Source: Felis catus (taxonomy: Eukaryota). From it: a stretch of 64,000 nt of DNA. This document shows positions 14,111-28,700 of this stretch, in pieces; position 1 is the stretch's first letter, and every line of letters begins with the position of its first letter. The stretch spans positions 144,834,001-144,898,000 of the forward strand of contig NC_058368.1 in assembly GCF_018350175.1 (NCBI RefSeq), read 5' to 3'. Both the position numbers and the translations under genes were made by a program. Under the pieces are notes generated by a model, which saw only the letters and a program-made list of their open reading frames with translations, made no database searches and had not been told where the DNA came from.

Positions 14111-14489
14111 TGTAAGGGAAACAGAATAAAGCAAAACAAAAAACAACTCCCAGCTGGCCCTAGGACGTTCTCATAAAGTGTTTAGAATACTTAAGAGTCT
14201 GATTTACATTTAAGGATGTAAGTGTCTTCCTCCTCTAATCTGTGGTTCCAATTTCAGTCCACAATATTTTTAGGGTGGGAGCAGGGGGTACTGTTGTTAC
14301 ACATAACTTTTCAGTTTGATGAGGCTGACAATTGGTAAAAGGTGAGGCTTTCAGAAATTAGTGAGAGAGGAACAGATGGCAATTATTGTGATAATTATGC
14401 CTATCTACACTTGTATTCTTGAGGAATGGACTGTGTGTGACAGAAAAGCTCCAGAGCAATACTGTCTGACAGAACTTTCTTCAACACTT

Positions 14490-14650
14490 TCTTCTGTGCC
14501 GTTCAACACAGAAGACACTAGCCACAGGTGGCCACTGAGCACATGAAATGGGCTAGTTTGGCTGAGGAACTGTAATTTTAATATTACTTAATTTATTTAA
14601 ACTTAAATATTCCCATGTAGCTGGTGGGTTCCATCTTGGACAGCATAGTG
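14490..14650. mobile_element. MER3-like hAT-Charlie element
   Basis: cactagccacaggtggccactgagcacatgaaatg...actgtaattttaat...ttggacagca. Confidence 0.7.
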
Positions 14651-15771
14651 CCAGACTGTCTGAGATGCGGGGAGGGCATCCACTCGCAAATGGCAATGAT
14701 CTCCAGACGAACAGGGTTTCTAGATGAAAATGTAAATGTAAACCCTTGGATATTTTAAATGTTTTGTTAAAAAAATATTTGCTGAGGACCAGGCCAAAGG
14801 AGAATTCCTTTAAACATGTTAATAAGGATTGTGCCTCATGGAAAGAGGCAGGTGAAGTCAAGGACATTGGTTCCAGGCAGTAGGGCATTCCAAAGGAAAA
14901 GCAATGATCTTGGAAAGGGGAGTGTGAACTTTTAAAAAAGAGAGCAGGCCAAACCGAATGAAGTAAATTCTAGATGAGCTGAGGTACTGCAGGAACCAGA
15001 AATGAGGTGTAAGGTGTGTACTGAGAGAAGGATGGATTTTACAGGGAAAGCAGGATGCCCTGGGGAATGGCTCAGCTGGTAGAAGTCTGGACAGAAAGTC
15101 ATTAGGGGTAAATCTAGGCTCAAGCCAAAACCGTCATTGATCCTGAGAAAAGGTGGATGAGTGGGCTTGAAAACGGGTCACTGGATCATAGGGGGATGAT
15201 TGTTAATCCTCTAAATGCAGGTCAAATCATGGAAAATCTACTTGATAATCACTTAATAGGCTCAAATTTCCTTTTAGGAAAGCTAAATTATATATGTCAC
15301 TGACTCTAATGTCGGATTGTGAGTAGGGTGATAAAAAGGGGGAGACTTCCAAAGAGAAGGGGATGCAGTTTGACAGAAAAACCTCTTCGTCTTCACCCTT
15401 GATAGTGGCAGCAAAAAAGCACAGCAGAACAAAGCAATACCTAAATCCCAAAGCAACCAGACAAAACCTGATGAAATGGAGCCCACCTTGCCCCTGTGCC
15501 AGAGGGGGGTATGCCTTCATTTCAACAGAAGATACCGTGCAAATCTCCCATTATAAATAATGACAGCAAGCTTCAGTGAACTATCCACAGCCTTTCACAA
15601 ACAGAATTACATTTGCATATATGACCTTTAGGGGGAAGAACTAAAAAAGAAAATACATGGATACCAAGCTTTTACTAAATAGAAGAAATTAGAGAATATG
15701 GCAAAGTGGGCACGGGAAAGTGTAATCTATGCTTTCTATGGCTACTATTACAATAAAAGTGGTGATCCCAT

Positions 15772-15952
15772 CAGTGCTGTTCAATAGAACTTTCTGTGAT
15801 GATGGATACATTCTATTCTGTGTTTGTTGTTCAATGTAAGAGTCATTAGCCACATATGGCTACTGAACTCTTAAACTGTAGCTAGTGCAATTTAGGAGCT
15901 GAAAATTTTAAAATCAAAATTTTATTTTAATTAATTTAAATTTAAAAACCAT
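15772..15952. mobile_element. MER3-like element
   Basis: cagtgctgttcaatagaactttctgtgatgatgga...tagccacatatggctactga. Confidence 0.75.
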
Positions 15953-18900
15953 AGCAAGATCATCAATCACTGTTTTAAGAAAAAGGATTTTTTGGGTATA
16001 CGGTGGCAATCATCTAAAAACAGTAAAAGATACTGAAGCATTTCAGAAAGCACTTCAAAAGAAGTTTCTGAAAAAAAAATTTCTAGATAAGTCATAATTA
16101 ACTCTAGAAACTATCTCTTTTCATACACATTCTGAATGATCAGGATTAAAAAAAAATAAGGGCTAGATTCAGTCAGAAAAGATAGAAGCATCTGCTTCAC
16201 GCAATACAACTCAGAAGAAGTCCCAAGCATTTAATATAATTTTTGAATAGTACCAGTAACTGTAAAGTGATGCTCTAAGTGTATTTGGTTTGGTAGATAT
16301 GTATAGATGTGTGAGCGTCCATATGGGCAATGTGCTGTTTGCACTGCTGAGGTTGTAAACTGCTCATCTGCTACTGCTTTTATTGAAACTGCTTCATCCA
16401 AGTAAAATAAGGGAAATTACAAATTTCTAGGAAGACTCACAGAATGTGCAAGCAAAAAGGAATTCGGGTATTGATTACTATTCTTCAACATGTAAGAGAA
16501 GTGGCTTACGGTTTTCCTAAAGTAAAGGAAGAGTAGGTGTTAAATGGCGTCTCGTATCTACAGACATAAAATATTCATGGTGTACTGTCCGGAGACGACA
16601 CTACAATGTTTCTATTGTCCTGCTGCATCAATATGGGATGATGTATTGTAATGTTTGTGCCAAAATGCTGTGATATGAGGTTGTCCTGCTTCCAAACTAT
16701 TCTGTGAGTCTGGTTCTCCTTAATCAGATGATATAATGGCTCTTACAAAGTCATTAACTGTTTGGTTTAACAAAAACAAACAAACAAACAAAACCCTAAA
16801 GATATAATTTCAAATGTATACTAATTGATTTTACTTTTTTATGTAAAATATATTTTGAAATGGCATGCCTTGGTATAAACTAGCGAATTTGTGATTTTCC
16901 CCTTACTATACACAGGTCACAAAGCATGGAACCCACCAAACACCCATTCAGTCTTTGCACAGTGTGCATAAATTCCTGTTTACACACTTCGAGAACACTT
17001 CAGATCTTACATCATTTCTATTTTTAAGCATCTAGATATATTTTATTTTCTTAATGAGAGATAAAGAATAGTGCAGCGACTCTGAACTGAAGTGAAATAA
17101 ATTCAGTGTTTATGTGACTGTATAAAAGAAAATTTGGATGTATATGATACCTTTATAACAGAAAATGACTAAGGGGAGTAAGGGTAATAGGAGACGACCT
17201 ATCATCTTGTTTATAATTCCTAGTAGAGACCATGATTTTTAATATCACTTTTACTCAATTGATTACCGTTCATTGCCATGGAGTAAAATACTCTGCTAAA
17301 TTAATTCAATAAATAAGACTAACTGCTTTCTTTACAGGAGAAGCATGAAAAACTATTTTCTGAAATAAGCCTTTTTGCATTCTAGATTTTCAAAAACAAA
17401 CATTTTACAGAATTTGAACACTAGGGGGCGTGTTTGTTTCTTGAAATAATGGTCTTGTTTAGGATTCCAAAAAAAGGCTGAGTAGTGAAACATTTGATTC
17501 AGATTTTTCTATGAGTTGCATGTTGGCACTGCAAGGTTTCTGACTCTGGGTTGGGTATTTTGTTTCTATAAATATTAATTAAATGAAGTAGCATGTGTGA
17601 AGTGACTAGGATAGTGGCTGCTACATAAAAAGCACTCAGTAGATGTTCACTCTTTCCAGGCCTCCTTATGTGGTTTGACTTCAAGATAGGACTGACAAAT
17701 CCTCAAAAGGCAGACTACTCCAAAGTATGTGCTTTTCAGAGTTATATACATTATAAAAACACTAGAACATACATGTTCATTCATTCAAAAATGATTTCTT
17801 TTTGAATTCTTTATATGGTTCTATTTTTCCTTGATTACGGGAAAGCTAACTTATTGGATACCTAGCCTATTTTTACTTTAATTTACTTTAATGCCTCAGA
17901 TTTGTCTTTTGTCTTCCTTTCTCTCTGCTCCTCATTTCTTGAACTTTTAAAAAGGTCTAAACAAAAATGTGTGGTGATGTGATGCAGAAAGCCATGGATA
18001 ACAATTGCATCATTCATAATACAGCAGAGTCCTCAACGGGCAGACAAAAGAGTGGAGCAGCTAGTGTGGACATGCTTACAAGGCTGCACTGTCTCTAGGT
18101 GGTGGTACAGTTCCTCAATCATCATCCAATTGTTTTTCCTTTGGGGGCTTTTCAAGTGGGGACAGGACAGAGGGAAGGAAGGGATGGGAGGGAGCTTTTG
18201 TTTTCTGCTAACTCTATACAGCAGTCTGGCATTTTACCTTCTTCTTGCCTTCTGGAATAGTAAGGCTGGGCCAGGAGTCAGGGATGGGAGGAGCCCAGCT
18301 CCAGATGCTCTCTTTCCTATGCACATACTTAGAAAAAGATTGACTGTTTTGCATGTGCATAGTCCAGTTAAGGTTAAAGGGTGAGGCTCTTATTTATTCC
18401 ATGCAAAGAAGTTTTTCAGGTCCCGTGATATCTGATTCTTTGATCCCCATGGAGAGCTCTCTGATGCCAGCTCTAAAGTGGCACCTCTCTGCTGAATGTA
18501 TAACAAGGCAGCAGTCACCAAGGACTAATCTAGGAAAGGAGAGGGGAGAGGTCTATTGTCCCTGTCCCCGAAACAACAGTCATGTGGGACCTTTTAAAAA
18601 AGTTTTCTTCTCCAATCCCAAATTAATAATTTCCTTTATATTTAAAAAACAAACTGGCTTGTATCTATTATAACACCTATTAATCTGACTTAGGGTTTAA
18701 TTAGTTTTAACCATGTTCTTCCCATCAAATGGCATTCTTTGAGGTTAGTGACGTGTTATATTTATCTCAGAATACTTTGTCCTTAACCAAGCACGTTACA
18801 TATTAGAGGCTCAAGAAATGTTGGACTAAACTAAGTATCACATACCTCACTGAATTATACCATTTTATTGCTGAAAGAATTAGCAAGAAAGGAAATAAAT

Positions 18901-19514
18901 GTTTCTAATTAGATAAAGCCAACATTAACTAATTAAAATGGTAGTCCATTTAATTTTTGTCCATAGTCTTGAAGCAAACTGGTGAAAACCAGTATTTAAA
19001 AAATGGTTCCTATAATCCTAAGCATTATGACAAGCTAGTCTTCTGATTTTTTTATATGAATTTTTATGTGTACATTCTTTGTCCTCACTAATAATGTACA
19101 GATAAAGATCAGTATAAGATTTATACAGATAAAGATTAGTATAATTTTATTTCCAGTTTTAACAGAACTAAAGTCTAAAAACAGGGAAAGTCTTATCCCA
19201 CGCAGAGGTGTTAGGTTGATAGGAAGAAGTAAAAGAACCCACAGAACACCCAATCTTAGGCTCAAAGCAGCTACTCCATGCAAAAGCATATTTGTTACTA
19301 GCCACAATTTCAAATTCTAATAGTATCACCTCTAGTGAAGGTTGTGTTAGGGCAAAATGAGGGAAGTTTTCTCCTCTGACTTTAACGATGGAAATCCGTA
19401 TGTGTGGGCACTGATGCTATAAAGATGAAATTAGTTTGGATTTTGAAATCCTTTATGCTATATTCCAATTCAGAAGTTATTAGCAGAGAATGTACATCAG
19501 CATCACTGACAAAG

Positions 19515-19770
19515 CTTTTTCATTTTCAAGAATGCCCAGTACCACTCCTAGAAATTCTGATTCACTAGGTCTAGGGAGAGTTCTGGGAAAATGTATTTTT
19601 TAAAAATTCTGTAGGTGTTTTTAGTGTGAAATATTAGGTTAAAAAAATCACTGTTTTATGTAATAACTCCTTGAGAAAAGATACCATATTGTCTTTTTGG
19701 TCTCTCCAGTGTGTAGCATATTGCTTTGGCCTGTTTTTAAGTGCTCAGTAATTGTTAAATGAGTGAATGA
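19515..19770. mobile_element. MER5A-like fragment followed by an L2 3' end
   Basis: agaaattctgattcactaggtctaggg; gtgctcagtaattgttaaatgagtgaatgaa. Confidence 0.55.
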
Positions 19771-20342
19771 ATTTTATTACTTCTCTTTTTGCTCCTGTCT
19801 GCTTCTATGGAGATATGGAGTACTGCCTTTGCTTAATGCAGTAATCATATTCAAAAAATGACTCTGGTGTCCAGCTCAGGTTACAAGGAAATAACAGGCT
19901 AAATGACCACCAATACTGGCCTTCTCTTGAGCGATGTCTAGTGCATGAAGTAGATATCTTACAGAGGACATTCAGAGTCTAGATCTGAGAACAGACCTGG
20001 TTTTGCAGTGACTCAAGCCATTTTAGTAATGTGAAAACTTGTAAAAACTATCCAATATGCAACTTGTTTCCAGCATTGTTCCTTTATAGTGGATGTTCTC
20101 TACAAGAAAATTTGTTTTATACTTTTTGTTTTTGTAACTATGTGTACAGAATAGGAGCAAAAAAAGAACAAGTTTATTTTTTTAATTATTCCAAAGAAAT
20201 TTCACTTAATTTTCTAACTTTTGAAATATCAACCTGCTGAGCTCTAGATAAATAATCATAATAATGGCTTTATGAATAATTCTAAAAGGAAAGCTTCAGA
20301 AATCAATTTTGGACATAATAATGTAGGCAAAGGAATACTTAC

Positions 20343-20441
20343 ACTCTCACTCTGAAAAGGATTTAAGAAATTTCCCCCCATTTCGCCATCATCCCTTGGA
20401 GTGCCCGGTTGATTACTCAGGCTCATATTATTGGGTGAATT
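20343..20441 (-). CDS. SSBP2: SSBP2 penultimate coding exon, 99 nt ([33 protein letters not shown])
   Basis: TTTACAG acceptor, GTAAGT donor, phase 0-0; peptide visible inside ORF-track entry 20256..20465. Confidence 0.97.
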
Positions 20442-23214
20442 CTGTAAACAAGATTTAGAAAACAAGGCATTGTTAAAGATTTTAATTTCCCTCTTGCATT
20501 GTAGTATTTCAAAAATGAAATCTACAGCAGCATCTCTAAGGACAAAGCAGACTTATAATTCTAATCTTAGACTTCTACTGTGCATCCTAGTTCATTCTTT
20601 ACACCTTGACAAGTACTAATGCTTTCCCAAATGGAAATTAAAAAACAAACAAAACCCCAAAATAACCCACCACAACTTTCTTCTTCGTCTCAGAATCAAT
20701 GTTTATTCAATTTCCCACCCTCAGCTTATAGAGTTCCTAGAACCATAGAGTTTAAAAAACATTCTCAGCAGGGGCATGATGAAGAGAGCCTGCCCACTGA
20801 TCAGGAACGATGGAACAGTAACTTGCCTTGGTGATTTTACTAAACAAACTTCAAAAGGTCACTGTTTGAGAATATTTCCCCTTAATTCTACATGTGGCTT
20901 ACGTAGTAACACTATTTCAACTATTTTTGTTTATATGAACTGTAGGGAAAAAGGAAGATGGTTGACAAGTATAGTTAGGAACAAGAGAACTACCTGAGGA
21001 CTTGTGAATCCAATGTGCACTTGTAGAGGAAAAGAAGGCCCAAAGTAAACTGCTTTAGAGTCTTTTCCTATCATTAGTTTGAGTAGATTTACTTTGAAAT
21101 GCCCTTTTAAGATAAAATGGCTGATAGGAGCAATCTAATCAAACACTAATAAGTTAGCTGCATATTGCTTCATATTCTACTTAAATTTGCTAGTCTTGTT
21201 ATTACTGTGCAATGTTAGCTGTGGGAGGTCATCTGCTACTCCATACCAACAGGAAATACAGAATGGCACTGCCGTATAAAACATGTTCACACAGCACTGC
21301 AACTGTGACTGAGGGACTCTTTCAAGGTCTAATTTATTGACTTGTAGAAACCAACTTCAAGGTTAAAATTTTTTATTTGTTATTTCAAATGGAAGACAGA
21401 TTTTAGAGTTTTTCTAAGCCATTTCTATTTTATATTCTGTTTTTGAATAAGTTCTAGATTTTTAAAAGAAAATTGCTCTGAAGATTTTGACTTAACTAAA
21501 ACAAAGTTATGTCATAAAAATTAAAATTTCATGAATGAGTTATTCCCAGAAGAATATATGCTGTTTTGGAATATAGTTAAACTGTAAAGCAGAGACAGGT
21601 AGATGAACTGGTGGAAATACAGCTTATATCTTGTCCTGCTGTGCACCCTACAGGGAAGATCTGAGAACAAGGATCCTCTGAAGTCCATAGGAGCTCGATT
21701 TGCCAATGAACCCCAAGGGCTGGGGAACCACAGTTAATAGCATAAAGAGGATTCTTTTTTTTTTTTTTTTTTTTGGATAAATTTTTCTCTGAATATGTTA
21801 GTTCCCCAAGTATACAGAAAAGTAACTACTTTCAAATGAACATAGATAACTTCATTTCCTGAAAAAAAAATTAAGTAAAATTTAAATAAGTGTATTATTA
21901 TTTCATAGCTCATTAATTATTAAAATTATTAACTACATAATCAACTGTTCCTTGAAAACAGGACTGTTAATGCTGATTTATTCAAAAAGAAAACTAAATT
22001 TATACAAATTTTGTAAGCCTTAGCCAAAATCTATTTGGTGAAAGCAGATGTCTGTTAATTTATATATAATTAAGAAATTGGTAATCCCAGAATAAAAAAT
22101 AATCCTCTATATAAGGGTATTTAAAGATGCACTTGCAAACTTCTTCATTCCTGTGTAACTAACGTGTTTCCCGTGGTACCCGAGGTACCCACCCTGAAAT
22201 GAGCAGCACATCTCTGATGCAGTTAGGGTGCTCCCTGTTTCTTCCATACTGTCCCATGCATCACTTCTTGATTTACAATTTTGAAAGTTAGCTAACTTCA
22301 AGTCTAATTCTTGACTCAAAATGCTGATTTCAAAATATTTAAAATTTGAAAATGACACTGCATTATTATTTAAATATTTACACAACACCTCTCTTATTGT
22401 TTCTGTTTTCCATGCAATCTATTCATCGCATGGTGGCTCACCAGTATACGCTTTTTGGGTGTGGGAGGAAGATATATAAGAACATTGAGAGGAAGATTAA
22501 AAGGACACATTCAACATACAAAACAGCTAATATCAGATCTCTGAAACTTATTCAGCTCAGTAAGCATATTTGAAAATCTTCAAATGATAGGACAAACCTT
22601 TGTTTGTTATTATTTTTTTAACCTAAAGTAATCTGCAAAATGTGAAAACAACAAAAATTTATTAGTGCAGAGTCTTATGAAAATTGTACTATCCATGATC
22701 AGTGAATAACCTGATAATGATACAGGCTAAAAGACACACTTATTACTGGTGTCTAAGAAACAAGACAGTGGTTCCAAACACCAGCTCGAAACAGGTTATG
22801 AGTGTGGGTCTCCATGAACTGTGTGTATGTTATATTTAACAATAGCTATGTTTGTTTGCAGTGTTTCCAGTAGATTTCATCAAGGCAAGAACATAATACA
22901 CACAAAAAGGGCTTAGATCAAAAAGGCACTCTGATAGCTTGAGCACATAGGGAGAAGGGAGTACAAGAAAATCCAAGTAAAGATCACTTTTAACTACATT
23001 AGGCACTCTGTTTACATTTCTTACTTCAGTTACAATGTACTGTATTTCCTACTTACACTCTAAGAATTTAGCTTATAAAAGTATAATTAGTATTATACTG
23101 ATCCCACCTTCAAGGGATTTTATTACTTTCTCAATTACTCTTTCTTCAAACTGGAATGTTTTTCTCTTAAGCTATAACTTCATATATGAATGTTATATGA
23201 GGGAGGATGCACAT

Positions 23215-23215
<1 letters not shown>

Positions 23216-23261
<46 letters not shown>
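23216..23261. repeat. (CA)n microsatellite
   Basis: About 23 CA units. Confidence 0.97.
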
Positions 23262-23262
<1 letters not shown>

Positions 23263-24199
23263 TTCCTCTGGCTAACGCATTTAATTCTCTTAGACCCTCT
23301 ATTCTCTCATTTTATCTTGCAAGTATTTTTCCACGTCATCTCTTAATTAGTAAGTTATTGTCCTTTCTTTTACCCACCCTCAGAAATTGTTCCAGCCTTT
23401 TCAAGCTATTAAAAAAAGTGCACATGTACATAAATTTTGACTCGGCCCATAATTGGAATAAAATAATATTGATATTATTTGAAGCCCTCTAGAGGTGGAT
23501 TTGAATCACTTCCTCAGAGCCTGCCAATAACAAGTTTTATGGAGTGTTGTTTTGACTCTGCCAGCCCCCCAAAAGAACAAAATGTCAGTCATGGTTCTCC
23601 CAGGGGATAAAAGGGAGCTAGAGCCCAAGCCAAACTGAGAAGATGGCAGAGATCTATGGTGTTGAATAGCTCCCCTGTGAAGGGTGTGGGATCTTTAACT
23701 GGAACTGAGGTTCTTGACTCAGAAACCTTTAGGTTAAAAAGACCTCTTGGATAATTCATTAAGTGTGATATGATCAGATCTGGCCTTCTCTGATATGTTT
23801 TTTTTTTCAACCTAAATATATAAGTGTTAAGTATGTTAATGTGAACTGCAGAATTTATTTACATTATTTCCTTCTAAGAAAATAAACCATATGCTCGTCT
23901 CAATCCCCAACTCCTAAAAGAACTCCAAGGGAAAATATTTTCGTCCTATTGATTAAATGGGTGACTTCTGGACTCCTAAATTAAAGGTGAATTCTGCATT
24001 TTGAGAGAGATGCATGTGAATTTTACTAGTAATCCTCAACCGAGCAAGAAATAATTTTAAAACTCTCCATTTGGAGTTCTGAGCCTCTTGTGCCACTGAA
24101 ACAGTGCTACCAAAAATGCAGGTGACAGTGTGTCTAGCCTTGCTGACAAAAGATAGCATAACTAGTGAGGAGGAAGATATTTAATATCTGTATATTGCT

Positions 24200-24390
24200 T
24201 TAGAGCCCTAGCATATGTTCACACTTTACTCTCAACAGTTTTATGAAGAAGACAGGGGATGAACTACAAGCTCTATTTTACAGCTAAGGAAACTAAGCCT
24301 AAGAGAAATGAAATAACATGTTGCCCCAATTTTTAGGTAGGAGAACCAAATTTTCTGATTCTCAGAGGTTCAATACTCTTTATTAGCTTA
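24200..24390 (-). mobile_element. MIR remnant
   Basis: ctattttacagctaaggaaactaagcctaagaga core. Confidence 0.55.
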
Positions 24391-25557
24391 CATATAAGAA
24401 GGATAATATAGAGTATTTTACAATAAAAAGGTAGGAAAGGGATATAAGTAGTACTAGTAAACAACATTAAAAAGGGAGTAAGAAATTTTTAAAAAATGTA
24501 ATACTGGCACTTAACAAAATACAGGTCTAATTGGAGAACAAAAAAGATGTAGCTGGAAACCTAAGAGGGATTTTGAACAAAACTGTTAAGCAGTAATGGC
24601 CCAAACTGTCTTATGATTCACAAATAAAAATGGCTAGAAAAAGAATAGGATGAAAAGTAATGAACCCAGGAAACAAGAGAAAAGGGAGGAGAGTTTCTTG
24701 AGAGAACTGGTCTTCTGCTGGAAAAGGAAGAAGGTGGGGAAATGAAGTTAGTGATAATGTGGATAGCATGGAATAAAAATCTGAAATAATTAGGCTGTGA
24801 ATGGAAAGAGGTAGGGAGAGAAATAATTGGGGGTGATGGAGATATACATGATGCTGCTGATTAAAGAAAAAAGGGTAGTGGACATACAAGAGACACCAGT
24901 GGTATCATCATGCAGTTAGAGCCCTGAGCCCCACGAACCTGGAACAGGGGCAGTGCAGAAATGAGCTGCAGAGGGGCTCATCGGAAGGCAGACCCAACTA
25001 CTCATTTCTAGAATATTGTTAAATGACATGTTTATTTCTTGGGGCAAACTCTTATGTTAAGTGAAATGTATTTGAACTTTGCTTTCTGTAAGTTTTTCCT
25101 TATTGTCTTTGGTCTGCTCAGTTATGGTGAGCTCCTGGAGGGCAGAGATCATGCCTTGTTTAACTTCGGGTTTTCAGAGCCTGGCAGACACAATGCCTTG
25201 GTACATTAATGTTTACTGAGTGAAGGAACTCCTGCCTAACCACTTGAGGACAGAAATTATGTTTGTATTTGAAGAAGTCTCTTATATCTCCACATAGTGC
25301 ACAAGGCTACAAAAGTACACACTTGGTAGTCAATTAATGCTTAAAGAATAAGCACTACATCACCAAGCAAGAGAATGTTATCAGCAGTAGGCACAGGATA
25401 GTGGAAAAACTTGTCTCCGGAAATAGGAATGGAAAAATTAGCATGGAAGGAATCACAATAGGTCTGATATGAGGGCAGATTAGAAGATGGTATTTAATTT
25501 GTCATTATGAATCTTTAAAATTTCCAAAGTGCTTTATAAATTACAAAGTACTTTTTC

Positions 25558-25730
25558 AGGAGGTGGACAGGGAGATGGGCTAAATGGGTGATGGGTATTA
25601 AGGAAGGCACTTGTTGTGATGAGCCCTGGGTGTTATATGTAAGTGATGAATCACTAAACTGTACTCCTGAAACTAATATTATACTACATATTAACTAACC
25701 GGAATTTAAATAAAAACTTGAAAAAACAAA
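25558..25730 (+). mobile_element. Carnivore L1 3' end fragment
   Basis: gggtgatgggtattaaggaaggcacttgttgtgatgagccctgggtgttatatgtaagtgatgaatcactaaa...aataaaaa. Confidence 0.85.
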
Positions 25731-28700
25731 CTGTATTGGCTGTCTTAGGTATCTAACAATTGGTATTAGCCAAGTGTACCTTCCCATATAGAATTTTGTT
25801 TACATCTGTCTGGTGTACAAAAATACTGGTCTTTAGTGGAAATTTCAGAAAGATGATGTTAAGCACTCTGGATGATCCCACCTTCATGTAATAAAAAAAA
25901 TCATCTTTAGACACTAGAATACACTTCTCAAATACAAAATTAGAAATTTTAGTGGTGACCACAAAGCATAATTCAGCTAATACCAATTGTTAGATATTGA
26001 AGACAGACGATACAATCATGGTCATGTGACTTGTAAAGGTGTTTCCCAGAGAGATGGTTCTAATGGAATTATACAGTGAATCTTATTTTGAAAACAGGCC
26101 TTTTGACAGTTTTACCCATTCATCACATAAGTAAGCTAGTGCTTCTTTATAATGATATTTATGACAACAAATATTTATCTATTTTAAGAAAAGAAAAAGA
26201 CTTTCCTGATGGTCCCTAAACATAGATATGCAAAGTGCATATACTACTTGCAAGGCCAAGCTGCCAGGCAATGTAGACGTAATGTTGGCATGCCAGTTAC
26301 ACTCTCTTTGTCTCTCTCTCTCTCTTTTTTCTTTTTAGCTTGAGGTCTTCATTTAAAAGGTTTTGTAGCTCAATCAATCTTACTTTATTTTTCTTGGCAC
26401 CAATGATTATACATGAATATAAATTAAAAGTAGGATTAAAAATGAAGTTGCCCTTTAATGAATTTTGGTATTTATTGATATAAAGCAGACTTCTAAGAGA
26501 ATCATTCTAATGGTAGTTAATAATTATTTCTTATCAGCCATTTTAAATATATTTTGACCCACAGAGAACTATTTTAAATTTATCATGACCTAAAAAGTAT
26601 TTAGGTATTCTTCATAAAAAAAAGTAAGGCATCTTAGCAAAGGATTAATTTTAAATACTTAAACTATCGGAGGAGGAAAAACACAGACAGAAGCTACTAG
26701 AAGGCTCTCTTTCCTACTTGTATTAATATAATTTTCTTCTAATTACTTTCCTATTCTATTCTGGGGAACTAGAATAATAATTGAGGATGTCAGCATTGCC
26801 TAATAAAGGTCTGAAAGACAAATGAGATGTATAAATGCAATGCCCTTATAACATATAACGTATAACAACATCTTTCCAAGTCCCTCTCTCCTTAAGTTGC
26901 TCTACACTTCTTTACATTTTCAAAAGATTATCTACACTATGTCAACTTGCTTTATAAATGAGTGACATAATAAAGGTGGTTAAGTTGGTTATTACTTGGG
27001 TATCAATTAATCATGTATACAGTATGTCTTGTAAATGAATCTCACCATGTTAAAAAACTAATTTTACCCTTTCCCGTTATATGCATTGATCATTTTTAAC
27101 TTCCACTTAATTATATCTGGACCTCTATTTTCAAACACTTGTTCAGGGGCCAACATGGTGGAGAAGTAGGGGGAATCCATACTTCCAGCATCTCTCAAAC
27201 AAATAAGTGTAGAAGCCAAAGGACTTTGAACACCAGAGCCTGGGAGGAGAAGAGACCGAATCTACTAGAAAGAAAATGGGAAAGCTGGAAAAAAGACAGG
27301 TGGGTGACTGTGAACTGGGGGAGACAAAAAAAAGGCTGCGTGGGCATGGAGGGGAGGGACCCCCTTCTGCGGAGACACAAAGGGAAGAGAAAGGGCGGTT
27401 AGGGAAGTGCAGGACCATATCTGGACAGGTGAAAGACCTGGGACTGAGACAGAGGGATCCAATCTCTAACTGCGGGGCTTTCTTCGGACTGGGGCTGGCT
27501 CCCTCTTCGTGTACCTGGGGAAGAGGGGAGCCGGCCATGTGTGCGGTAGTAGGTCAGAGGCTAAGTCTGCAGCTGGAGAAAGTGGTTCCCTCCCTGGAGG
27601 GCTGCGCAATAGTACAGAACCTGCCTGCCTTCACCATCCCCGGGGTGCAGCGGCTGGGCTGAGGGCGCAGTCCGCAGGAGGAAAAGGCAGCTGTCTCCCT
27701 GGAGTGTTGTGGGAAGAGACAAAGGCTGCCTGCATCTGCCACCCCTGGGGCTTGAGGCAAGGGCGGCGGCTCAGTCTGCAGTAGGAGAAGGCCGTCCTCC
27801 CAGAAGTGCTGTGGCACAGACAAAGCCAGCCGGACTTATCACCGTATCACCGCACTGAGAGGCGCTTCCCCAGCACCAGAGTGCAAGGAGCAGAACTTTG
27901 AATCCTAGCCAACTGCAGGGTCAGGGGATGGGTGGAGAGAGAAGGACCACCCCGTCTGTGCCCACGGCACAGTGAGGACGACTCAAACTGAGTCCACTGG
28001 GTCGTCTCCATGGAGAAGAGACTGGGGAACCACCATTTCCATCCACCACCACCACCACCAAGGTGGGGCCTCAGGGATCACTCCCGGGGCCCATAGTGGA
28101 GGTGGGTCCAGAATATGCCAAACCATGACCCTTTGCACTGGATAATTGCATATCCACTGGAGCGGCACAGACTCTGCAGACAGCTACTACCTACAAGCAA
28201 TGCAGCATTACCTGGATTAACTCTAGGTCAATTCTGGATATACAGATATATTCTCCCCCCACACCCATCCCTCCATTTCTTCTCTTTCTCTCTTCCCTCC
28301 TGTAGGCTGGTTACTCTGGTTATTGGTCTGTCTAAACAGACATATTTAATCCATTTTCTTGATACATGTTCTACACTTCCTGCTTTACACTCCTTTCTCT
28401 CTTTCTGGAATAATCGAGCCATATACTTTCTCTGTCTGGGTAACTTTATCTTCATTTCGTTTTCCCCGCCTCCTTCTTTAGTTTCCTCTCTCTCTGGATT
28501 AAGCCTTTTAGTCCCTCTGCCTAATCAATGTTTATTTTTTGTCCCTCCCCCCACCCCACACCTGTCATTTCACTCTTTGTATGTGCTCTTCTATCAGCAC
28601 TGCCTCCACCCTCTTCTTTATTTGTAGTTGGTGTTTTGGTGTTTTTTGTTTTTAGTCTTTAGGTTTTTGTTTTTGTTTATTTGTTTGTTCGTGTTATTTG

